The position numbers and the translations under genes were made by a program. This document shows positions 30,387 to 41,626 of a DNA stretch of 64,000 nucleotides, one piece after another. Source of the DNA: an uncultured Pseudomonadota bacterium (GTDB lineage: Bacteria; Pseudomonadota; Gammaproteobacteria; Steroidobacterales; Steroidobacteraceae); assembly GCA_963769065.1 (NCBI GenBank), contig CAVYKG010000010.1:180569-244568 (forward strand), in the 5' to 3' direction. The notes below the pieces were generated by a model, which had not been told where the DNA came from, did no database searches, and was given only the letters and a program-made list of their open reading frames with translations. Position 1 is the first letter of the stretch; each line of letters begins with the position of its first letter.

Positions 30387-31996
30387 ATGATCCGCCTGAC
30401 CGAACTCTCCGTCCCGCTCCAATCGTCGGCGGATGCCCTGCGTCGGGCGATCGTCCGCCGGCTGGCATCGAAGACGCCGACCTGCTCGATTTCGCCGTGT
30501 TCAAGCGCAGCTATGACGCGCGACGCAAGAGCAGCGTCATCACGTTCGTCTACATCGTCGATGTCACGCTGCGCGACGAGATACCCGTGCTGCGCCGGTT
30601 CGCGACCGACGTGAACGTCCGTCGCGCCGGATACCACCTACCGTCCGGTTGGGCAGGCACCCGTGGACCGCACGCTGCCCCGCCCGGTCGTCGTCGGTTT
30701 CGGTCCGTGCGGGATGTTCGCCGGGCTGCTGCTCGCGCAGATGGGCTTCAAGCCGATCGTCCTCGAACGCGGCAACGAAGTTCGCCAGCGCACCAAGGAC
30801 ACCTGGGGCCTGTGGCGCAAAAGCATGCTCACGCCCGAATCGAACGTGCAGTTCGGAGAAGGCGGTGCGGGCCTCTTCTCCGACGGCAAGCTCTACAGCC
30901 AGATCAAGGACCCGAAATTCTACGGCCGCAAGGTCCTGCACGAGTTCGTCAAGGCCGGCGCGCCGGAGGAAATCCTCTACGTCAGCAAGCCGCACATCGG
31001 TACGTTCCGCCTGACCGGCGTCGTCGAAAACATGCGTGAGCAGATCATCGCGCTGGGCGGCGAAGTGCGCTTCGAGCAGCGCGTCACCGACGTGCTGATC
31101 GACGACGGCCAATTGGTCGGCGTGCAGCTCAACGGTGGCGAGACAGCTGCAGTCGAAACACGTGGTGCTGGCCCTCGGCCACAGCGCCCGCGACACCTTC
31201 CGCATGCTCCACGGCCGTGGCGTGTTCATGGAAGCCAAGCCGTTCTCGGTGGGTTTCCGCATCGAGCACCCGCAGTCGCTGATCGACCGCGCGCGCCTGG
31301 GCAAGTACGCCGGCCACCCGAAACTTGGGGCCGCCGACTACAAACTGGTGCACCACGCCAAGAACGGACGTTCGGTCTACAGCTTCTGCATGTGCCCGGG
31401 CGGCACCGTGGTCGCGGCGACGTCCGAACCGAATCGCGTCGTCACCAACGGCATGAGCCAGTACTCGCGTAACGAGCGCAATGCCAACTGCCGGGCATCG
31501 TCGTCGGCATCACCCCGGAAGCGATTACCCGGGCGGCCCGCTGGCCGGAATCGAACTGCAGGAGCGTCTCGAATCCCACGCCTTCGTGCTCGGCGGCAGC
31601 AACTACGAAGCGCCGGCGCAACTGGTCGGCGACTTCATGCGCGGCAAGCCGTCCACCGAGCTGGGCGACGTCGAACCCTCGTACAAGCCGGGCGTGCGCT
31701 GGGTGATCTGGCGCTGGCCTTGCCGGCCTTCGCCATCGAAGCGATTCGCGAAGCCCTGCCGGCGTTCGGGAAGCAGATTCGCGGTTGACTCGCTGCACGA
31801 CGCGGTGTTGACCGGGATCGAGACGCGCACCTCGTCACCGCTGCGCATTACCCGTGAGCGAGTCGATGCAGAGCCTGAACGTGACGGGCTGTTTCCCGGC
31901 GGTGAAGGCGCAGGTTACGCGGGCGGGATTCTGTCGGCGGGTGTGGACGGCATCCGCCTCGCCGAAGCGGTCACGCGGTCGATGCTGGCGGCATGA
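30387..31996 (+). pseudogene. FAD-dependent oxidoreductase (COG2509-type), multiply frameshifted
   Basis: 'MIRLTELSVPLQSSADALRRAIVRRL|GIEDADLLDFAVFKRSYDARRKSS|APDTTYRPV...PVVVGFGPCGMFAGLLLAQMGFKPIVLERG...|LQSKHVVLALGHSARDTF...CMCPGGTVVAA...|GIVVGITPE|DYPGGPLAGIELQ...|GDLALALPAFAIEAIREALPAFGKQIRG|...LFPGGEGAGYAGGILSAGVDG'. I count about 9 frame changes. Length is 3n+2. Confidence 0.75.
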
Positions 31997-32739
31997 AGCT
32001 CGACGACGTCAAGAAGCTGCACCTGAAGCGCTATCGCGAGGAACTTGGCCACTTTCTCGTCGAAGGCGAACACCTCGTGCTCGAACTCGAGAAGGCGGCG
32101 AAGGTCACAGCCCCTGCTGCGCGACTGCGAGCTGTACGTGACGCACGAGCACGAGCACTGGCCGAGCCCGTTCCGCAAGCACCTCATCAGCGGTTCGCAC
32201 ATGGCGGCGGTCGCGGACACCAAGACGCCGCAAGGCATCGTCGCGCTGGTGCCGATGCTGCCGACGCCGCCGATGCGTGCCGGCGAGCGCGCCATCTACC
32301 TGAGCGAGATCCAGGATCCCGGCAATCTCGGCACCATCCTGCGCACGCTCGCGTGGTTCGGCGGATTCCGCTGCGTGCTCGGGCCGGGCAGCGTCGACCC
32401 CTGGAATCCGAAGGTGGTGCGGGCGAGCGCGGGCGCCATCTTCCACGTGCCGATCGAACCGGACGTCCGCATCCAGACGCTGAACCGAACGGTTCCCGCG
32501 CATCGCATCGCTGGACATGCGTGGCGAGTCCATCGTCGCCCGCTCGTTCCGCGAATTTGATTGCTATGTGTTCGGCAACGAGGCGCGCGGACTGCCGCAC
32601 GACCAGCTGTCGCGACGTCGGTGCGCTGGCCTACACGATCGCCGGCAGCGGCACGCTCGAATCGCTGAATGTCGCGTCGGCGGTCAATCTCTGCGCATAC
32701 GAACTCACGCGCGAGGACGCCGGCGGCAAGCTCAGGTGA
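31993..32739 (+). pseudogene. TrmH/SpoU-family RNA 2'-O-methyltransferase, frameshifted
   Basis: 'MKLDDVKKLHLKRYREELGHFLVEGEHLV', 'DTKTPQGIVALVP', 'IYLSEIQDPGNLGTILRTLAWFG', 'YVFGNEARGLP' and 'GTLESLNVASAVNLCAYEL' lie in three frames, with shifts near 32110, 32495 and 32612. The ATG overlaps the previous stop (ATGA). Confidence 0.7.
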
Positions 32740-33526
32740 GCTGCCGATAGCGGCTGAGGTGCCGCAGCGCCCGCTGCCGCTCGCCGATCGCGAGCAGGAG
32801 CTGCCCAAGATTGTGGTGCGCGTCGGCCAGTTCGTCGTCGCGCGCGAGCGCCTGCTCGTAGGCCTTCATCGCCTCGGCCGACTCGCCGAGATCTTCCAGC
32901 GCAACGCCCAGGTTGAAGAGCACGACGGCGTCGGGGTCGGTGACGCTGCGATAGTGCGCGACTGCGTCGGCGGGTCGACCCGACAGGTGCAGCAGCCGGC
33001 CGAGGTTCGCGTGCACCGCGGGATGGGGGTGCCGCTTCGCACAGCGCCGGTAGGCCTCGATCGCGGCCTGCGGATCGCCCTCCTCGAGTTCGAGCGCCTG
33101 CTGGAAGGCGGCTTCGCAATCATCCGGTGAGGCCTGCACGAAGTCGACGACCCGGACGCGCCCTTCGCTGACGCGCACTTCGAAACCGAGCAGCAGCTGG
33201 CCGCTGTGAGGCTCTCTCGCGATGCCGGCCTCCCGCACGATCACCTCGTCTCCTACCGCCGCGACACTCAGGCCGCCGAGCGGCGCATCATTGGGCAGCT
33301 GGGCCTGCAACGCGCGCAAGGCATGGCCGACGCGTCGCGCCGGAACCTTCGCATCCTTGAGTCCGCGAGCGGCCCGCAGCACGACCACGTCGCGGAAGGA
33401 GAAGCGCAGCGCGCCGCGCGCATCTTTCGCCGGTGACACGTATCGCGCCCGCACCATGGAGCGGACCGCGGCCACCGTGACGCCCGCGAGCCTTGCGACC
33501 TCGGCTGTCGCGAAGGACGCCGGCAT
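32732..33526 (-). CDS. MerR-type HTH protein with C-terminal TPR repeats
   Basis: The N-terminus 'FATAEVARLAGVTVAAVRSMVRARYVSP...FSFRDVVVLRAARGL' is MerR HTH-like. The C-terminus has TPR-like 'AIEAYRRCAKRHP...ANLGRLL...FNLGVALEDLGESAEAMKAYEQAL'. Its ATG overlaps the ku stop. Confidence 0.7.
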   Translation of the reverse strand: MPASFATAEVARLAGVTVAAVRSMVRARYVSPAKDARGALRFSFRDVVVLRAARGLKDAKVPARRVGHALRALQAQLPNDAPLGGLSVAAVGDEVIVREAGIAREPHSGQLLLGFEVRVSEGRVRVVDFVQASPDDCEAAFQQALELEEGDPQAAIEAYRRCAKRHPHPAVHANLGRLLHLSGRPADAVAHYRSVTDPDAVVLFNLGVALEDLGESAEAMKAYEQALARDDELADAHHNLGQLLLAIGERQRALRHLSRYRQLT

Positions 33527-34419
33527 CAGGCGCCGCGGCCGGCCCGCTTGGTCGTGCCGGTCTTCGTCAGGGTCGAGGCGACACGCTTCGGCGGCTTGCG
33601 CGACGGCGCCGCCTTCGCCGCGCCTTTCTGGTTCAGGCTGCGCTGGAGCACTTCCATGAGGTCGACGACGTTGCCCGAGCTCGACACCGGCGCTTCCGGC
33701 GCCTCGATGCGCGAGATGCTCTTGCCGCTCTTCAGCTTCTTCTGGATCGCGGCGTCGACGCGCTCGCGGAATTCGTCGTGGAACTGGTTCGCGTCGAAAC
33801 GCTTCTCGGTGCGCTGGTCGATCAGCAGTCGTGCGAGCTTCAGTTCAGCGTCGGCGACCGGCGGGAGATCGCCGAGCGCAATGTCCTTGATGGTCCGCAC
33901 TTCGTCCTTGAAATACAGCTGGTGCATTGCAAGGCCTTCGCCCATCGGCCGGACGATCACGATGTGCTCGCGGCCACGCGCGGCCCAGCGCCCGACCGCG
34001 CAGCGCTTCGATTCCGCGAGCGCGGCGACCAGCAACGCATAGGGCCGCTCGCCGTGACGCGCGGGCGCCAGCAGGTACGTCTTGTCGAAATAGGCCGGAT
34101 CGACCGTCTCCAGTGGCACGAACTGCGAGATGTCGATCGAATCCGAGCCTGCCTCTTCCAGCGCCTTGATCTCCTCCGGCTCGAACAGCACGTACTGGTC
34201 CTTCTGCACCTCGTAGCCCTTGACCATCTCCTCGCGCGGCACGATCTTGCCGTCGAGCGCGCAGACATACTGCTGCTTCAGGCGCGAGCCATCCTTCTTG
34301 TGCAACAGGTTGAACGACAGCCGGCTCGACGCGATGGCGGCCGAGTAGACGTCGATCGGGATGCTGACCAGACCGAACGTCAGGGTGATCGATGCGATCG
34401 AACGGGCGGCTGCGGCCAT
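33526..34419 (-). CDS. ku: Ku protein (NHEJ DNA-end binding)
   Basis: 'ITLTFGLVSIPIDVYSA', 'KGYEVQKDQYVLFEPEEI' and 'VDPAYFDKTYLLAP', followed by a basic C-terminal tail. Confidence 0.9.
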   Translation of the reverse strand: MAAAARSIASITLTFGLVSIPIDVYSAAIASSRLSFNLLHKKDGSRLKQQYVCALDGKIVPREEMVKGYEVQKDQYVLFEPEEIKALEEAGSDSIDISQFVPLETVDPAYFDKTYLLAPARHGERPYALLVAALAESKRCAVGRWAARGREHIVIVRPMGEGLAMHQLYFKDEVRTIKDIALGDLPPVADAELKLARLLIDQRTEKRFDANQFHDEFRERVDAAIQKKLKSGKSISRIEAPEAPVSSSGNVVDLMEVLQRSLNQKGAAKAAPSRKPPKRVASTLTKTGTTKRAGRGA

Positions 34420-34446
34420 GGGCGTCTCCCAAGTCTGTTAGGACCG

Positions 34447-34821
34447 ATGATGGCGGGATCGGCTGACCGGCCCTGTAGGACGGTCCGCACTGAGCGGTCA
34501 GCGGGCGGCGGTCCAAGCCGATCCTGCGCTGCGAGAGCCCGCGCCGCGGGGCTTCTCGAGGGGCAGGACGCCATCAAGACCGCGATGGAGAAGATCTTCG
34601 CCGACGCAGCGGGCGACATTCCCAAAGGCGCCAACTTCCACGTCATGTCGAACTTCATCATCGAGGTCGACGGCGATCGCGCGACCGCGAACTCGATGTT
34701 CATCTTCTACCGGATGAACAAGTCCGTTCCGGAGGCGACCGTCGCCGGACGCTATGAGGACGTGCTGATCCGCGAAAACGGCGCGTGGCGCTTCCTGCTC
34801 CGCAACGCACGCAACCCTTGA
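34447..34821 (+). CDS. SnoaL-like (NTF2 superfamily) domain protein, probably 5'-truncated remnant
   Basis: The C-terminal ~85 aa, 'GQDAIKTAMEKIF...HVMSNFIIEVDGDRATANSMFIFY...GRYEDVLIRENGAWRFLLR', fit the SnoaL_4 beta-sheet half. The first ~35 aa are Arg/Gly-rich and not helical. I found no homologous N-terminus in the other frames. Confidence 0.4.
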   Translation: MMAGSADRPCRTVRTERSAGGGPSRSCAARARAAGLLEGQDAIKTAMEKIFADAAGDIPKGANFHVMSNFIIEVDGDRATANSMFIFYRMNKSVPEATVAGRYEDVLIRENGAWRFLLRNARNP

Positions 34822-34869
34822 GACATTCATGGGGAGTCCTGTGACCGCCTCGTTCGCGCGGCCGCTCGT

Positions 34870-35463
34870 TCAGGGGACTCTTTTGACGGCGACGATCCTC
34901 ACCGGCTCGGCGAGCATCTGGCCCTGCATGGTCTCGCTGCGTGCTTCCTTCGAGCGCGGCAGCCGCATCATCCGCCGCACCAGCGGCATGCCCGAGACGA
35001 CGCGTCCGAACACTGCGAAGCCCGGGTCGCCGCCATTCGGCACGCCGTCGTAGGGGATCATGCCGCCGACCACGATGAAGAATTCGGCACGCGCCGAGCC
35101 GGGTTTGCCACGCGCCATGGAGACCGCACCGTCGACGTGGCTCAGCCCGGTCTCGACCGTCGACTCGTGCGCGACCGGCGGAAACGCGAGCCGGTTGTTA
35201 CCCTGCAACCCGCCCTGCACCAGGCCTTCGGTTCCCGACCGGTCGTAATTCAGCGCGCGGTAGAAGGTCGTGCCGTCGAACCGGCCGGCGTCGACGTACC
35301 GCAGGAAATTGGCCGACGTGAGCGGTGCACGCCCGGTCTCGAGGGCGATGCGGATCTCGCCGAGCGAAGTCTGCAGCACGACGATCGTCGGCGCTGCCGA
35401 CTGCGCGCCGGCGGGCAGCGTGAGAATCAGGGCCAACAGCAGGCCGGCGAGGCGACGAATCAT
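34870..35463 (-). CDS. Periplasmic peptidyl-prolyl cis-trans isomerase (cyclophilin type)
   Basis: Signal peptide followed by 'TSLGEIRIALETGRAPLTSANFLRYV', 'GAVSMARG' and 'EFFIVVG'. Confidence 0.85.
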   Translation of the reverse strand: MIRRLAGLLLALILTLPAGAQSAAPTIVVLQTSLGEIRIALETGRAPLTSANFLRYVDAGRFDGTTFYRALNYDRSGTEGLVQGGLQGNNRLAFPPVAHESTVETGLSHVDGAVSMARGKPGSARAEFFIVVGGMIPYDGVPNGGDPGFAVFGRVVSGMPLVRRMMRLPRSKEARSETMQGQMLAEPVRIVAVKRVP

Positions 35464-35556
35464 GCCCGCGATCGTAAACCGGCGTTCGGGCCGGCGTCGC
35501 CGTCGATGGATCGGCGTTCGCTGCCCGTGTAGATTCAGTCCGATATCGGAGGGTCG

Positions 35557-36925
35557 ATGAACAAGAACAACAGACCTGCCTGCTGGTCGCTGCTCGCGGC
35601 CGTGCTGCTTGCCACCACCGCAGCGGCGCAGGTGATGCCGCCAATCGGCTTCAAGAGCGTCGGACGCGGGGCGCCCGTTGCGAACGTGCACGATGGCAAG
35701 ACCGTCGGCCCGTCCTGGACGGGCCCGCGCGACAAGCAGACCCTCGACGGGTTCGCGCCGAATGCGCTGCCCAAGAACATCAAGCCGCTGCCGGTCGACC
35801 TCTTCACCAGCAAGGATTTCTACGCGGACCGGAAGCTGTGGAGCGACCCACGCTACTTCCGCTGCAACAGCCCGATGGCGACCGAGTTCCAGCGCGGCAT
35901 CCTCACGTCGAACCCGGTCAACAAGACGCTCGACCCGGTCAACGGCCCCTGGGGCCACTGCGACGTCGACTACCCCCGCGACTCGATCGTCAGTCCGTAC
36001 GGGTTCAAGACCGCGCAGGAGCATTTCGAGGCGCTGAAGAAGGAAACCGCCGCGCGCGGCGGACCGGCGAAGCCGACCTTCAAGAATTTCCCCGCCGAGG
36101 AATGGAACGGCGTGTACGAGCGCCCGTCGACGTCGGCGGCGCGTCAGCAGAGCTGGGCCTGGGGTGCGCACGGTCAGATCTCGACACTGGTCTCGGTGCT
36201 GACGCCTGAATACCAGCAGCGAACGGTGCAGGAGGCGTACCACCAGGTCCGCGGCAACGCGCTGTGGCCGTCGTCGTTCTGCTGGCCTGAAGGCTTCATG
36301 CGGCGCTGGTACCCGTTCGCGGTGTGGGAACAGCACGTCATCGCAACCCCCAACCTCGTGCAGATCGCGGCCGGCGTCGCCGACAACTTCGTCACGAACA
36401 TCTACATCGGGCGCGACTTCAACATGGAAGACGTGCCGAAGGGCGGCGTGCCGAGGCTCGGCGCGGCGGTGCCGCGCTGGTACGGCGAGACGATCGGGTT
36501 CTGGGATGGCGACGTGCTGATCACGTGGACCAGCAACATCCAGGGCTGGAAGTCACACTCGTTCTTCGAGTTTTCAGGAAAGATGCAGTCGATCGAGATC
36601 TATACGCCGATCCGGGACGGCGCGGGAAAGTTCGTCGGCCTGAATCACGAGGCCGTGTTCTATGACGCGGAGGCGCTCGCGGTGCCAGTGCGCATCGTCC
36701 GCAATCTCCACAAGACGCACGCGTTCACCGACGCGAGCGAGACGCCGCTTGCCTTCATCGAGTGCATTCCGACGCTGTTCCCGATCAAGGGCAACGCGGC
36801 CGCCGTCGCGCCCGGCGAGACGATCCAGTACGAAGTGCCCGACATGTACGGCCGCCCGTGGGACACGATCTGGCAGAAGTACTTCGAGCAGGGCATGAGC
36901 GGCCCGGCGGCAGACGAAAGCCTGT

Positions 36926-36939
<14 letters not shown>
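35557..36939 (+). CDS. Secreted protein of unknown function
   Basis: 460-aa ORF preceded by GGAGGG, with signal peptide 'WSLLAAVLLATTAAAQ'. It contains 'WYGETIGFWDGDVLITWTSN', a motif shared with the protein at 49911-50957. Confidence 0.7.
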
Positions 36940-39190
<2,251 letters not shown>

Positions 39191-39303
39191 GGCGCAGAGC
39201 GTAGGTCGCCTCCTTCCGGCCGCCAAGGACAACCACCGGACAAATCCGGCCACTCGACGGACGGCTTCCGCCCGCGCCGCGATCGCGTACGATCGATCGC
39301 CAC

Positions 39304-40473
39304 ATGAGCTCACGCCTCCCGCCGCTGCATTCGTGGACGTCGGCCTTCATCGCGATCGTGATCGGCTTCGGCGGCACCATCCCGCTGGTCATCTCGGCGC
39401 TGCGCACGCTCGGTGCTTCGGTCGAGCAGACGGCATCGGCGGTCACCGCCTTGTGCTTCGGCATCGCGCTCGGCAGCGCAGTGCTGTCGGTGCGTATGCG
39501 CATGCCCATCGTGCTCGCGTGGTCGGTCCCCGGTGCCGCCCTGCTGGTCGCCTCGACTCCCGGACTCGCCTGGCCGGTCGCCATCGGCGTGTTCATCGCG
39601 GCGGGCGTGATGATGGCGCTCGTGGGGCTGGTACCGGCACTCGGTCGACTCGCCGAACGCATCCCCATGTCGATCGCCGCCGCGATGCTCGCCGGTGTGC
39701 TGCTGCCGTTCTGCCTCGATGCGTTCCGTCTCGGCGCGACCGATCCGCTGCTGATCGGCACACTCCTCGGTGTCTTCATCCTCGCGCGTCAGCGCGCGCC
39801 ACTCTATGCGCTGCTGCTCGTGCTCGTCGCCGCCATGGCGCTGACGCTGCTGCGACGGCAGGTGGGCGAGCTGCCGACCGGCTCGACTTTCGGCACGCTG
39901 GTACCGGTGCTGCCCCGCTTCGAGGTCGGCGCGGTGGTCAGCCTCGCGATACCGTTCTTCCTGGTCACACTCATCTCGCAGAACCTGGCTGGAATAGTCG
40001 TGCTGCGCACGGCTGGCTATGCGCCAAGCCCCGGCGGCCTGCTGGTCGGCACCGGCATCGCATCGGTGCTGGCGGCGCCGTTCGGCGCGCCCGGCGTCAA
40101 CCTCGCGGCGATCACCGCGGCGCTGTGCACCAACGACGAGGCGCATCCCGACCGCGGACGGCGCTGGGTGGTCGGCGTGATCTACGCCCTTCTGTACGCG
40201 GCCCTTGGCGTGTTCTCGCCCGCACTGGTGCGATTCTTCCTGGCGCTGCCGCACGCGGTCATCGGCGCGCTGGCCGGGCTTGCGCTTATCCCGGCATTGC
40301 TCAGCTCGCTCGAGAACATGCTGGTGCGGACCGAAGACCGCGATGCGGCGTTGCTGACATTCCTCGCTACCGGCTCGGGACTTGCCCTTTACGGCCTCGG
40401 TTCCGCGTTCTGGGGCCTGATCGTCGGGTTCGTGGCACTCGGTGCCCGCAGCGTGCTCAGCCGGCGCAGGTAA
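39304..40473 (+). CDS. benE: Benzoate/H+ symporter BenE family transporter
   Basis: 389-aa polytopic protein containing 'AFIAIVIGFGGTIPLV', 'PIVLAWSVPGAALL' and 'NLAAITAALC'. Confidence 0.8.
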   Translation: MSSRLPPLHSWTSAFIAIVIGFGGTIPLVISALRTLGASVEQTASAVTALCFGIALGSAVLSVRMRMPIVLAWSVPGAALLVASTPGLAWPVAIGVFIAAGVMMALVGLVPALGRLAERIPMSIAAAMLAGVLLPFCLDAFRLGATDPLLIGTLLGVFILARQRAPLYALLLVLVAAMALTLLRRQVGELPTGSTFGTLVPVLPRFEVGAVVSLAIPFFLVTLISQNLAGIVVLRTAGYAPSPGGLLVGTGIASVLAAPFGAPGVNLAAITAALCTNDEAHPDRGRRWVVGVIYALLYAALGVFSPALVRFFLALPHAVIGALAGLALIPALLSSLENMLVRTEDRDAALLTFLATGSGLALYGLGSAFWGLIVGFVALGARSVLSRRR

Positions 40474-40478
40474 CGCTG

Positions 40479-40694
40479 CTACTTCATCGCCCCGAGGCGA
40501 GCGAGCATGGCCGACAGGTCTTCGGGGCTGATGTCGAAATGTTCGCACACCCGTCCCCACAGCATCGCAGTGGGCACGTTGCGGCCCCCACGCTCTTTCT
40601 GCGTCTCGTGCAGCACGTGGAGCACGATGCGTTCGCGGCGCGTCAGCCCGTCACGTACGTCTGGCAGGAACTCGTTCAGCGGATTGCGGCTCAC
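40479..40694 (-). CDS. 71-aa protein with GyrA/ParC N-terminal signature (function unknown)
   Basis: The GTG start overlaps the GNAT stop (GTGA). Product: '[71 protein letters not shown]'. 'LPDVRDGL' is identical to the motif in E. coli GyrA ('[21 protein letters not shown]'). Confidence 0.5.
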   Translation of the reverse strand: [71 protein letters not shown]

Positions 40695-41149
40695 GTCAGC
40701 CGCTTCTCGAACGTGATGCCATCTTCGACGCCCGAATACATGCGCTTGACGATCACCTGCTCGTGGTAGCCCAGCGAGCCGTAGAAATTGCGCGCCGGTT
40801 CGTTCTCTCGCCGGCACTCGAGGACGACACGCTCGAGCGACGCGGCGCGAGCCACCGCTTCCAGCCAGGCGACTATCGCGGCACCCACTCCCTGACGTCG
40901 ATGAGCCGGATGAACCGCGAACAGCAGCAGATGCGCCTCCTCGTCGGCGTAACGCATGATGCCGAAGCCGAGCAGGCTCGCCCCCCTGCGCGCAACCGCG
41001 ACGTTCGTGTCCGGCGACTGCAGCGCGAGCCGGACGCGACGCGGCGTCCATCGCCACGGCAGCCCGTGCTCGATGACCTGGCGCGACAGCGTCGCGATGG
41101 CATCGATGTCGCTCGACCGCCCAAGCCGGATCGGGATCTCGCCCTTCAT
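40691..41149 (-). CDS. GNAT family N-acetyltransferase (RimI-like)
   Basis: 'LLLFAVHPAHRRQGVGAAIVAWLE' (acetyl-CoA binding Q/RxxGxG/A motif) and 'NEPARNFYGSLGY'. Confidence 0.8.
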   Translation of the reverse strand: MKGEIPIRLGRSSDIDAIATLSRQVIEHGLPWRWTPRRVRLALQSPDTNVAVARRGASLLGFGIMRYADEEAHLLLFAVHPAHRRQGVGAAIVAWLEAVARAASLERVVLECRRENEPARNFYGSLGYHEQVIVKRMYSGVEDGITFEKRLT

Positions 41150-41253
41150 GCGGCGATTCTAAGCCTGAGAAGTCGGGTGCGGCATTGGCCGACAGGAGGC
41201 GGCCCTGAGGCGGACGGCTGCGTACGCATTCGCCGACTTCTCACGCCCGACGG

Positions 41254-41275
41254 TGTGCCGGAAGCTGTCGGCACA
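41254..41275 (+). promoter_or_regulatory. Hairpin in the leader of the HPF/RaiA-like gene
   Basis: TGTGCCG (41254-41260) pairs with CGGCACA (41269-41275) around an 8-nt loop, about 10 nt upstream of the GAGGAG RBS. It is nested downstream of a 10-bp long-range pairing between 41167-41176 and 41233-41242. Confidence 0.25.
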
Positions 41276-41293
41276 GACAAGCGAGGAGTCGAC

Positions 41294-41614
41294 ATGCAGA
41301 TACAAGTGAACGCCGGCAACGGCGTGCGCGTTCAGCAGGACGTCGCGAGCCGCATCCAGGGCGACGTCGAGGCGGCGCTGTCCCAGTTTGCCGACGACAT
41401 CGGCCGGGTCGAGATCCACCTGAGCGACGAGAACCGCGGCAAGCGTGGTGCCGACGACAAGCGTTGCCTGATGGAGGCACGGATCGAAGGGGTCGGCCCC
41501 ATCGCGGTTACGCATTTTGCCGATGAACTGCCGCTCGCCATCGACGGCGCGACCACGAAGCTGCAGAAAGCCGTGCGACACGAACTGAGCCGGCTGCGCG
41601 ACCGTCACATCTAG
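41294..41614 (+). CDS. HPF/RaiA-family ribosome-associated protein (short form)
   Basis: 106 aa, 'MQIQVNAGNGVRVQQDVASRIQGDVEAALSQFADDIGRVEIHLSDEN...CLMEARIEG'. A GAGGAG RBS lies 5 nt upstream. Confidence 0.65.
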   Translation: MQIQVNAGNGVRVQQDVASRIQGDVEAALSQFADDIGRVEIHLSDENRGKRGADDKRCLMEARIEGVGPIAVTHFADELPLAIDGATTKLQKAVRHELSRLRDRHI

Positions 41615-41626
41615 CGAACGGTCGCG

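Noticed and set aside
39279-39300. GCGATCG...CGATCGC inverted repeat just upstream of benE
   Set aside because: The stem is short and GATC/CG-rich in GC-rich DNA, so it could easily arise by chance. No regulator gene is adjacent.
40479-41149. Interpreting the GNAT plus small ORF as a classical TacT/TacA-type toxin-antitoxin pair
   Set aside because: The gene order is reversed (small gene downstream). The small protein shows no RHH/DUF1778-like pattern, and the GNAT resembles RimI-type enzymes. It is kept only as one alternative hypothesis within the finding.
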